The notes: generated by a model not told the origin, from the letters alone. DNA of 43,715 bases from an uncultured Gammaproteobacteria bacterium (GCA_964373925.1 CAYJWS010000003.1:1-43715), one strand, 5' to 3'. Counted from the first letter of the stretch, positions 34,319 through 41,745 are shown. Numbers and translations: made by a program.

Positions 34319-35704
34319 TTATTCCGCAAAAGCGTTAAGGGTTTGCTGAACGCGAGCATTGGCAATTTCAATACTTTCCTTTACGTCATCCCCGGAATTT
34401 ATATGATTGATAAGATCTTTGAGAGTTTGTTCCGCTGTGTTAAAATCAAGACCCCTATACCATGTTTCTGATGTTAAGAGTTGAGAAGCAAACACGCTCA
34501 ACGTTTCATTTTGAAGTTCATCTTGGACCAAAGATCGAAGAGCCGTGGGCTTTAATGTCTTTTCAAGATATTTTTTAGCCTGCTCGGCTCTTGTAATGAA
34601 AAGGATAAAATCCCAAGCTTCATTTGGATTTTTTGTTCTTGACGACACGGCGTCCACCCAGTAGTTTGCCATATTCGTTTCTTGGCTTCCTTGAATTTGC
34701 GGCATCTTAGAAATTCCGAAGTTAATGGCGTTTTTGCTGTATGCTTTTATAAAAGGAATATCATGGGCGTAGCCGAAGTACATGGCGAGCTTGCCGTCGG
34801 CAAACGCCTTGAGAGAATCGGGCATTTCGTTGTTCCATGTGTATACTTCTTTTCTTGGGTTGGCAAAGTCCGTGTAAAATTTTAAAGCCTCTATGCCCGG
34901 ATTGTATTCTTTAGCCTGCGTTCTGGAAAAAAGAGTCGCGCCCCCGGAAATTATGGTCGCCCCGTTTTGTCTCATAAGGAGAGTGAGTATATCCGCGCTT
35001 CTTCTTATATTGTCCGCAGTCCCAAGTGCGGCTCCCGCCTGTACAATATTTTTTTTCTCGTCAAAAAAAGTTGTTTTTTTAACCGCCTCCTGAAATTCCT
35101 GCCAATTGGTAGGAGGAAGCGGGACGCGAGCTTTATTAAGCAGATCTCTATTATAGAACAAGACCATAGTATCAAGGCTTAGGGGCACTCCATAAATTTT
35201 TTTGTTTATCACCACGTCATTGGAAACGGTTCCCAAAAAATCATCTTTGAGTTTTGTGGGCGTGAGGGTGGGATTGGTACGAAGCTCGGTGAGCACTTCT
35301 TTTTTTATGCCCAAGCTTGTTTTTTCGAACTGATACGCCATGGTTGTTTTTTCGGGCATTGGCTGGATAAATTCTTTTTTGGCGTATTTTTGAAGCCAGC
35401 CGTAATGAAGCGAAATAATATCGGGCGGCTTGAGTTGCGCGAATGATTCTAAGAGCCGCTTCTCATACTCTTCATACCTTAGCTTTACCACGCTGATTGT
35501 GATGTTGGGATGAAGCGCCTTGTATTTTGCGATAAGCTCGCTAAAATCATTTTGCGCGTCCCATACCTGCCAGTACACGAGATCAACCGGTTTGAGGAGT
35601 TGCTGCACCTCTCTTGATTTGATCCATGTACAGCGAAAGCCAGTGCTTACCATGAGAATCCCAAAAAGAAATAAAATTTTTAATTTTGTTTTTGGATGTA
35701 TCAT
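34319..35704 (-). CDS. Extracellular solute-binding protein (ABC-transporter family 1, sugar-type) without adjacent permease or ATPase genes
   Basis: 461 aa with an N-terminal hydrophobic anchor. Typical family-1 SBP features (VYWQVWD..., PDIISLHYGWLQKYAKKEFIQPMP, aromatic-rich C-terminal half). Confidence 0.8.
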   Translation of the reverse strand: MIHPKTKLKILFLFGILMVSTGFRCTWIKSREVQQLLKPVDLVYWQVWDAQNDFSELIAKYKALHPNITISVVKLRYEEYEKRLLESFAQLKPPDIISLHYGWLQKYAKKEFIQPMPEKTTMAYQFEKTSLGIKKEVLTELRTNPTLTPTKLKDDFLGTVSNDVVINKKIYGVPLSLDTMVLFYNRDLLNKARVPLPPTNWQEFQEAVKKTTFFDEKKNIVQAGAALGTADNIRRSADILTLLMRQNGATIISGGATLFSRTQAKEYNPGIEALKFYTDFANPRKEVYTWNNEMPDSLKAFADGKLAMYFGYAHDIPFIKAYSKNAINFGISKMPQIQGSQETNMANYWVDAVSSRTKNPNEAWDFILFITRAEQAKKYLEKTLKPTALRSLVQDELQNETLSVFASQLLTSETWYRGLDFNTAEQTLKDLINHINSGDDVKESIEIANARVQQTLNAFAE

Positions 35705-35720
35705 ACTTTAAAAAAACTTT

Positions 35721-36587
35721 TTATATTATTTTTTGTATATATTTTCTGAGCTCATCTTTCACCCCTACGTCTTTTAATCCAAGCTCAACATTTGCCTTAA
35801 GCCAGCCGAGCTTTGAGCCTAAATCAAGATACTCGCCATTAATAATTTTTGCGTAAATAGTTCGCTTTTTTAGCATTAAGGAAATAGCATCCACAAGCCA
35901 AAGCTCATTATTCTTGCCAATCTTTGTTTTTTCTAGCGCTTCAAAAATGTCGTATGTAAAAATATATCCACCCAAAGAAGCTATGCGCGAAGGAGCTTTT
36001 TTCGGTCCGGGCTTTTCTATAACAGAATCTACTCTGTAAATTCCCGTTTCAATTTTTTCTCCGTCAATAATCCCGTATTTTTTTGTGCCGGAGTCATCGG
36101 TCATCATGGCGGTAATCACAGGCTCCTCGTATTTTTCGTATACTTCAATGAGCTGTTTGAGCTGTGGTTTTTTCGGGCAGTTCCATATATCATCTCCCCA
36201 CACCACTGCAAACGGCTCTCGGCCGATAATATGCTTGGCATTGAGTACTGGGGTGCCGTTGCCATACGGACCCTTTTGCCTGATATAGATGAAATTGGCA
36301 AGCTTTGAAATAGTTCTGATTTTTTCAGCATAGTCTTCTTTGCCTGATTCCCTCAGCCATTTTTCAAGATACTCGTCTCGGTCAAAATGGTCTTCAATGG
36401 CGCGTTTGGTTTTGCCAGTGACAAGGATAATATCTTCAATTCCGGATTCCACGGCGCTCTCTATTATATATTGTATGATAGGCTTATCAACAATGGGAAG
36501 CATTTCCTTGGGCTGGGCTTTGGTAGCCGGCAAAAAGCGAGTGCCGAGTCCTGCCACAGGGATGACAAGTTTTCGGATTTTAGACAT
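35721..36587 (-). CDS. galU: UTP--glucose-1-phosphate uridylyltransferase
   Basis: KLVIPVAGLGTRFLPATKAQPKEMLPIVDKPIIQYIIESAVESGIEDIILVTG is a canonical GalU N-terminus. 288 aa. Confidence 0.92.
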   Translation of the reverse strand: MSKIRKLVIPVAGLGTRFLPATKAQPKEMLPIVDKPIIQYIIESAVESGIEDIILVTGKTKRAIEDHFDRDEYLEKWLRESGKEDYAEKIRTISKLANFIYIRQKGPYGNGTPVLNAKHIIGREPFAVVWGDDIWNCPKKPQLKQLIEVYEKYEEPVITAMMTDDSGTKKYGIIDGEKIETGIYRVDSVIEKPGPKKAPSRIASLGGYIFTYDIFEALEKTKIGKNNELWLVDAISLMLKKRTIYAKIINGEYLDLGSKLGWLKANVELGLKDVGVKDELRKYIQKII

Positions 36588-36613
36588 TGAGATTAAAGAT
36601 TTAATTTGTAAGA

Positions 36614-36658
36614 TTTTCCCGAAGGCTTTCGGGAATCCGCCTTTGGCGGAAAGGATTT
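36614..36658. repeat. Double-hairpin repeat D (TCCCGAAGGCTTTCGGGA + TCCGCCTTTGGCGGA)
   Basis: Hairpins at 36617-36634 and 36636-36650. The 24-nt atccgcctttggcggaaaggattt (36635-36658) recurs inverted at 37086-37109 with one mismatch. Confidence 0.75.
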
Positions 36659-36782
36659 AAGTTATTTTTTGTGATTTTTAAGAAGTGATCGTTCTAATCC
36701 ATAAAACATTTTTGAACATTCGATATATTTTTTCTGAAAATGTTTGGAAATATTGATATTGAGACCGTAAAAATAGTAATAT

Positions 36783-36877
36783 TGTCATTCCCCCGAACGC
36801 TTTCGGGAGAATCCAGTAGATTGATATACTTCATTTTTTCAGATCCCCCGATAGCCATCGGGGATGTGGGATGACAG
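36783..36877. repeat. Composite palindromic repeat, copy E
   Basis: tgtcattcccccgaacgctttcgggagaatccag...agatcccccgatagccatcggggatgtgggatgacag. Confidence 0.8.
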
Positions 36878-37085
36878 TTTTTATAGCCTTATGTTATATC
36901 ATGAATCTCTAAGGCAAGCTTAAATAATTTTTTATATACCTCTAAATCTGAGAAAATCATTGAAAATTATTCACTTTAATTTTAAACCCTTAATCTTAAA
37001 TCTATTATGATTATAACATAAAAGTTGAAAAAAGAGGAGCAATATGGTAATTTTGAGTAGATTCGTGGTTAGATAAATATAGCAT

Positions 37086-37109
37086 AAATCTTTTCCGCCA
37101 AAGGCGGAT
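37086..37109. repeat. Inverted copy (D') of the 24-nt segment of repeat D
   Basis: aaatcttttccgccaaaggcggat is the reverse complement of 36635-36658, with 23/24 identity. Confidence 0.75.
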
Positions 37110-37149
37110 GCGCCTGGGGAGCACACCCTGGGCGGAAATGTATTTAGAT

Positions 37150-37413
37150 ATGTTCTACGTTTATATTATTTACAGTCATAAAATAAAGAAATGTTATAAG
37201 GGATCAACTATTGATTTACGAAGAAGGATTTCTGATCACAATAACGGCAATGTTCGTTCGACTAAGTTTGGAATGCCTTGGCATTTACTATACTATGAGG
37301 GTTTTAAAAATAAAGTTTATTGTCGTAGGGAGGAGTTATTTTTAAAATCAGGAAATGGTCGCGATAGAATAAAGTATCTTTTAAATGAAACACTTAAAGA
37401 AATAAAACGTTGA
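37150..37413 (+). CDS. GIY-YIG nuclease-family protein (stand-alone, about 87 aa)
   Basis: FYVYIIYSHKIKKCYKGSTIDLRRRISDHNNG...W.LLYYEGF....RREELFLKSG matches the GIY-YIG/UPF0213 pattern. Start set at the ATG at 37150, because the longer track ORF begins inside repeat D'. Confidence 0.78.
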   Translation: MFYVYIIYSHKIKKCYKGSTIDLRRRISDHNNGNVRSTKFGMPWHLLYYEGFKNKVYCRREELFLKSGNGRDRIKYLLNETLKEIKR

Positions 37414-37448
37414 TTTATTGATTACATAGATTTATTTAACTGAATTAT

Positions 37449-37535
37449 GGAGAGGTGCCAGAGTGGTTGAACGGGCCGCTCTCGAAAAGCGGTATGCCCG
37501 CAAGGGTATCGAGGGTTCGAATCCCTCCCTCTCCG
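37449..37535 (+). tRNA. tRNA-Ser (anticodon CGA), long variable arm, CCA not encoded
   Basis: Acceptor stem GGAGAGG/CCTCTCC. Anticodon stem-loop CCGCT-CTCGAAA-AGCGG. Variable arm TATGCCCGCAAGGGTATC. T arm GAGGG-TTCGAAT-CCCTC. Close to the remembered E. coli tRNA-Ser sequence. Confidence 0.92.
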
Positions 37536-37595
37536 ATTTTGCCAGATAATGAGTTCGCCCCATCATTCGATGGGGCGCCCCGTCGTATGACGGGG

Positions 37596-37618
37596 CGAAT
37601 CCCTCCCTCTCCGATTTT
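37596..37618 (+). repeat. 23-nt perfect direct duplicate of the tRNA-Ser 3' end (att-like scar)
   Basis: cgaatccctccctctccgatttt occurs at 37518-37540 and again at 37596-37618. The 55-nt spacer holds two GC-rich hairpins. Confidence 0.85.
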
Positions 37619-37736
37619 TAATCCTGTTAAGCTGAAAGCAGCGATTAACCAAAAAATCAAAGAGTCGCAAAAAGGAAAGATCTCAACATTTTATTTTTTT
37701 CATAACAGAGTAGATAATAATTAATTTTATACAATT

Positions 37737-38123
37737 ATGCCAGAAAAAGAATCTCAACATATTCCCCCCGAAGAGAGCGGTGAAAAAGATGAGTCGAAAA
37801 AAGCAATTGATTCCGAGGCTGAAAAAAAAGAAGATGGCCCTGAAGCAGAATTATTAAAAAATTTACGCCTGGCCGTAAGGCATACTCAATGGGAACTGGA
37901 CTCTCGAGATGCTCATTTGGAGGAAGGCATTAAAGGAAAGATGTTGGGCGGTAACTTTAATAACATAATCTTTTATCTCCGTAAGGCCGAGCGCTATGGA
38001 GAAGAAATTGATGAAATTAGTGAGTTCATAAAAAAGTCAAATGTTGATAATGTCACTTTTATTCGTGATAATATTATGAAAACTGATGAAACAACCCTGT
38101 GGCATTCTACTACTGCCGGATAG
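37737..38123 (+). CDS. Hypothetical acidic protein (N-terminal part of an ORF interrupted by an in-frame TAG)
   Basis: 128-aa ORF with an ATG start and no recognisable domain. It is in the same frame as 38199-38588, with no other stop between them. Confidence 0.5.
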   Translation: MPEKESQHIPPEESGEKDESKKAIDSEAEKKEDGPEAELLKNLRLAVRHTQWELDSRDAHLEEGIKGKMLGGNFNNIIFYLRKAERYGEEIDEISEFIKKSNVDNVTFIRDNIMKTDETTLWHSTTAG

Positions 38124-38198
38124 TCTCCTACCGCGCTTATCTCTCATTATCCATTTACAGTTTTTGGAAATTATGAGTACCCACATCCAAGTGAAGAC

Positions 38199-38588
38199 TT
38201 GCGGAAGGATGCGTATTATACTGCCTTAGGTAGGATGTGCGCGAAATATTATTCTTTGTCGGGAGGAAATCAGTACGAAAATGCAATAGGAATTTATGAA
38301 AAAATTGGCGAGGAAGATGAAGCACAAAGGTGTCAGTCTCTCTATGAACAATGGAAAGAAAAAACGGTAAGAGAGCATAATGACCAAACATTTCGAGAAG
38401 ATCAAGATCGACAATATAAAGAGTGGCAACACCATATATTCACTCATAAGCAGGACATAGTAGACGCCATGAATGAATTTATTGAGGCGACCAAGGATGG
38501 ACCATATATGGCACTTGATGTTAACAGCTACCTTGAAGCGCTGAAGATGAAACTTGAGAAAGATATTTCAGCTATGCAATCAAAATAG
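38199..38588 (+). CDS. Hypothetical protein (C-terminal part of the interrupted ORF); start uncertain
   Basis: The track ORF starts at a TTG at 38199; the first in-frame ATG is at 38235. Helical, charged sequence. Confidence 0.4.
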   Translation: MRKDAYYTALGRMCAKYYSLSGGNQYENAIGIYEKIGEEDEAQRCQSLYEQWKEKTVREHNDQTFREDQDRQYKEWQHHIFTHKQDIVDAMNEFIEATKDGPYMALDVNSYLEALKMKLEKDISAMQSK

Positions 38589-38624
38589 TTTTTAGTAATC
38601 AAACCCAATAATGCCCTACAATTC

Positions 38625-39872
38625 ATGAAAAAGAATTTAGAATATTTTGATGTTGTCGTTATCGGCGGCGGCGCGGCAGGCATGATGGCGGCTGGGCGCG
38701 CTGGAGAGCGCGGCAGGCGAGTATTGCTTCTTGAAAAAAATAAGCGGCTTGGAGAGAAGCTCGGCATTACCGGAGGCGGGCGGTGCAATATCACGAACGC
38801 CGAATACAATGTCCGATTGCTCCTTAAAAATTATGGCGCGGGAGAAAAGCACCTGTATTCTCCTTTTTCGCAGTTTGGCGTTGAGGAAACGTTTGCTTTT
38901 TTTGAAGGAAGGAAATTGCCATTGGTCGTGCAGGAGAGGGGGCGCGTTTTTCCCAAAAGCGAAAAAGCGCTGGATGTCGTGCGAGTGATGGAAGACTACG
39001 CGCGCGAAAATGGAGTTGTGGTAAAGATAAGTACGGCGGTAATGAATATAGCTTTGCATAAAGGTAAGCCCACGGAAATTATTGCCAATCATAGTTTGTA
39101 TAGTGCCGAGTCTGTTATTGTAGCCACTGGCGGAATGTCGCATCCAGAAACAGGATCTACCGGAGATGGCTTTGCATGGCTGAAAGCTTGCGGACATACC
39201 ATAGCCAAGCCAACGCCGGGGATTGTTCCATTGGCCGTGCGCGATAGCTGGATAAAAAATTTGTCCGGTGTAACGCTTGAGCCAATGAAAATCACATTTT
39301 TTTTAAATAACAAAAAGCAATTCTCGCGAGCGGGGAAAATTTTATTTGCGCATTTCGGCCTGTCCGGTCCTATGATTTTAAATTGCGCGTCCGCCGTAGG
39401 CGATCTTTTGCACGAGGGAGAGGTAACGGCAAAAATTGACGCGTGTCCACTTGAAGATGAGGGGGCGCTTGAGCGCAGGCTTATTGGGATTTTTGACGAG
39501 AATAAAAACAAGACTTTAAAAAATATTTTTAAGCTTATAGCGCCGCCCGGAATGGCGCAAGAGATTTTTTCTCTTATGGGCGGAGTTTTTAAAGATACTA
39601 AAGTGCACAGTGTTACCAAAGCTCAGCGAAAAAAGATCGTCCAGACACTCAAGGCTTTGCCTGTAACCATTGCCGATCTGATGGGCTATGATCGCGCCGT
39701 GGTCGCGGACGGCGGCGTGGATATAAAAGAAATAGACATGAAAACCATGCGCTCGCGCCCGCATCATAATCTTTTTATTGTCGGTGATCTTTTGCACATC
39801 GCCCGCCCGTCAGGCGGATACTCGCTTCAGCTCTGCTGGACCACAGGATATATCGCGGGAAATAACGCGTAG
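38625..39872 (+). CDS. NAD(P)/FAD-dependent oxidoreductase, HI0933/BaiN family flavoprotein
   Basis: DVVVIGGGAAGMMAAGRAGERGRRVLLLEKNKRLGEKLGITGGGRCNITN is the family's diagnostic N-terminus. C-terminal GGY.LQ.CW.TG. Confidence 0.9.
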   Translation: MKKNLEYFDVVVIGGGAAGMMAAGRAGERGRRVLLLEKNKRLGEKLGITGGGRCNITNAEYNVRLLLKNYGAGEKHLYSPFSQFGVEETFAFFEGRKLPLVVQERGRVFPKSEKALDVVRVMEDYARENGVVVKISTAVMNIALHKGKPTEIIANHSLYSAESVIVATGGMSHPETGSTGDGFAWLKACGHTIAKPTPGIVPLAVRDSWIKNLSGVTLEPMKITFFLNNKKQFSRAGKILFAHFGLSGPMILNCASAVGDLLHEGEVTAKIDACPLEDEGALERRLIGIFDENKNKTLKNIFKLIAPPGMAQEIFSLMGGVFKDTKVHSVTKAQRKKIVQTLKALPVTIADLMGYDRAVVADGGVDIKEIDMKTMRSRPHHNLFIVGDLLHIARPSGGYSLQLCWTTGYIAGNNA

Positions 39873-39909
39873 AAGACTCGCAATTATTTATTATTAATAT
39901 GCAAAAACT

Positions 39910-40395
39910 ATGAAAAAAATTCATACGCACACACCCGTATGCTTTGAGCCGACGCCGAAGTTGTTTTGCGGACACAAGCAAGGCGCCATAGGCAGCCATG
40001 GCGGATATAGAAAAGACGAAGTTTTTCAGTATCAGGAAAGCGGCGTGATGAAAGATAGCTCGCTTGCGCTTTCAGGAAAATTCTTGGCAGAGCAAGAATA
40101 TATTGAATCGCAAGAAGCCGGCGCGGAGCTTATTGTGCATTTTCACGCGACAGAGGTGAATCTTGTGATGGCGGCGCAAGGCGCACAAGCGTCCGTAGAA
40201 ATTGAATTTAACGGCGAAATACTCACAGGCGGAAATCGAGGGCGAGACGTGTCAGAAAAGGGCGAAGTGAAAATAATAAAATCCGGTTCATACAACCTGC
40301 TCACAAGCTCGGCGCTTTCGGAGGGAATATTGCGCGTACGCGCGAAACAGGGAAATTTTCAAGCATTTGCCTTTACTTTTTTGGGCTGTACTTAA
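39910..40395 (+). CDS. Hypothetical protein resembling the C-terminal beta-sandwich domain of DipZ/thioredoxin-like proteins (no thioredoxin domain present)
   Basis: The pattern ...LALSGKF...AELIVHFHATEVNLVMAAQG...VEIEFNGE...G.DV...G.V.I...SYNLL recalls the DipZ C-terminal domain. Recognition is from memory only. Confidence 0.4.
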   Translation: MKKIHTHTPVCFEPTPKLFCGHKQGAIGSHGGYRKDEVFQYQESGVMKDSSLALSGKFLAEQEYIESQEAGAELIVHFHATEVNLVMAAQGAQASVEIEFNGEILTGGNRGRDVSEKGEVKIIKSGSYNLLTSSALSEGILRVRAKQGNFQAFAFTFLGCT

Positions 40396-40447
40396 TAGCG
40401 GTGTAGCGGATGTTGTGATATAATAAAAATGTATTTACGATGGTTTT

Positions 40448-41134
40448 ATGGCGCAATTCCTAAAAAAACATTCTCTTCTAGACTTCCAAAAATTTATAGA
40501 AAGCGTCTATAGCCTGCCCGATGATAGGCTTTTTTCTTTGTGGGATCTGCTTTCGCATCAAGAGCGATTTACCATGCGCGCGCTCAAAGGCATACGAAAA
40601 AATAACAGGAAAAAACTCGAGCTCAACCTTCTGATTGCTTTTTCATGGCTTATGTCCGTGGCAAATAGGCTTCATATTATTGTTGAAGACGCGGTATGGA
40701 GGCGTTTTCCCATGCAATGCTCATATTGCGGCGCCTTGCCCTGCGCATGTAAGAAAATAAAACCAAAACAACGCGTGAAGATTATACGAAAAAATTCAAT
40801 GCGCCCAAAAACACTTTCTCAATTCCAAGAAATGTTTTCTCGCATCTATCCGCCCTCTTCCCGCACGCTCTCCGACGCCGGTGTGCATTTGGCGGAGGAG
40901 ATGGGAGAGTTGAGCGAAGCGGTGCTGTGTTTTTTGGGCGAGCACAAACATAAGCAGTTTGTGGATTTGCAAAATGAGCTTGCGGATTTTGTTTCATGCA
41001 TTTTCGGCGTTGCCAATTCCGCGAATATTGATATGGCGAATGGGCTATCAAAGATGTTTTATAAAAATTGCCATGTGTGCCATAAGGCGCCATGCGAGTG
41101 TTCTTTTTCCCTTATCGCGAAATTTTCATCATAA
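40448..41134 (+). CDS. MazG-like nucleotide pyrophosphohydrolase-fold protein, internally duplicated, with two CxxCxxxPCxC knuckles
   Basis: The second half carries EEMGELSEA and NELADFV (MazG EExGE/ELAD motifs). The first half is a degenerate copy. Each half ends in CSYCGALPCAC or CHVCHKAPCEC. Confidence 0.55.
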   Translation: MAQFLKKHSLLDFQKFIESVYSLPDDRLFSLWDLLSHQERFTMRALKGIRKNNRKKLELNLLIAFSWLMSVANRLHIIVEDAVWRRFPMQCSYCGALPCACKKIKPKQRVKIIRKNSMRPKTLSQFQEMFSRIYPPSSRTLSDAGVHLAEEMGELSEAVLCFLGEHKHKQFVDLQNELADFVSCIFGVANSANIDMANGLSKMFYKNCHVCHKAPCECSFSLIAKFSS

Positions 41135-41172
41135 AAAAATAGAACCTATCTCAAAAGTATTATTTATCATTT

Positions 41173-41273
41173 TGTCATCCTCGCCCCGTATCAATGTACG
41201 GGGTAAACTCCAGCGGGGATCCATGATTCTTAATATGGATTCCCCGAAAGCTTTCGGGGGGCCGGAATGACAG
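41173..41273. repeat. Composite palindromic repeat, copy F (inverted orientation relative to copy C)
   Basis: tgtcatcctcgccccgtatcaatgtacggggtaaactccagcggggatcca...tggattccccgaaagctttcggggggccggaatgacag. Confidence 0.85.
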
Positions 41274-41319
41274 TTACATTATTTTTTTGAGACGGGTTCT
41301 AATACATAACAATAAAAAT

Positions 41320-41745
41320 ATGAACGAAGTCGTCGTTAACTATTGGGCGGTGCTTGTGTGCGGCGTAGCAAGCCAAATTTTGGGAATGTTGTGGTATTCA
41401 CCCATGCTTTTTGGAAGGGCATGGATGAAAATAATTGGCATGGCGGATATGAGTCCGGAGGCAACGAAAGAGATGAAAAAAAAGGCAATGCCGGGGTATT
41501 TGGTAAGTTTTATCGGGGCGCTTGTTATGGCATATGTTTTAAAGCATTTTCTTGCGTACGCGGGAGCTAAAGATGCGGTCGGAGGACTTCAAGGCGCGTT
41601 TTGGGCGTGGCTTGGGTTTGTGGGAACGGTGGGGCTCACAAATGCCATGTTTGACGTTAGACCAAAAAAGTTTTTTTTAATAAATTCCGGATTCTTTTTA
41701 GCATTGCTTCTTATTATGGGGGCGATTTTGGGCGCGTGGCAGTAA
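41320..41745 (+). CDS. DUF1761-family small membrane protein
   Basis: NYWAVLVCGVASQILGMLWYSPMLFGRAWMK matches the DUF1761 N-terminal signature. Four hydrophobic segments. ATG at 41320; the track start at 41287 is a TTG. Confidence 0.72.
   Translation: MNEVVVNYWAVLVCGVASQILGMLWYSPMLFGRAWMKIIGMADMSPEATKEMKKKAMPGYLVSFIGALVMAYVLKHFLAYAGAKDAVGGLQGAFWAWLGFVGTVGLTNAMFDVRPKKFFLINSGFFLALLLIMGAILGAWQ

Noticed and set aside
37445-37724. ORFs of 71 aa (minus strand) and 89 aa (plus strand) overlapping the tRNA-Ser gene and its duplicated 3' end.
   Set aside because: The sequence folds into a canonical tRNA-Ser, and the ORFs are by-products of GC-rich tRNA and hairpin sequence.
38637-39797. Minus-strand ORFs of 186, 176 and 93 aa inside the HI0933-family flavoprotein gene.
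   Set aside because: They are antisense to a gene with a diagnostic FAD-binding N-terminus. GC-rich genes commonly carry long antisense ORFs.
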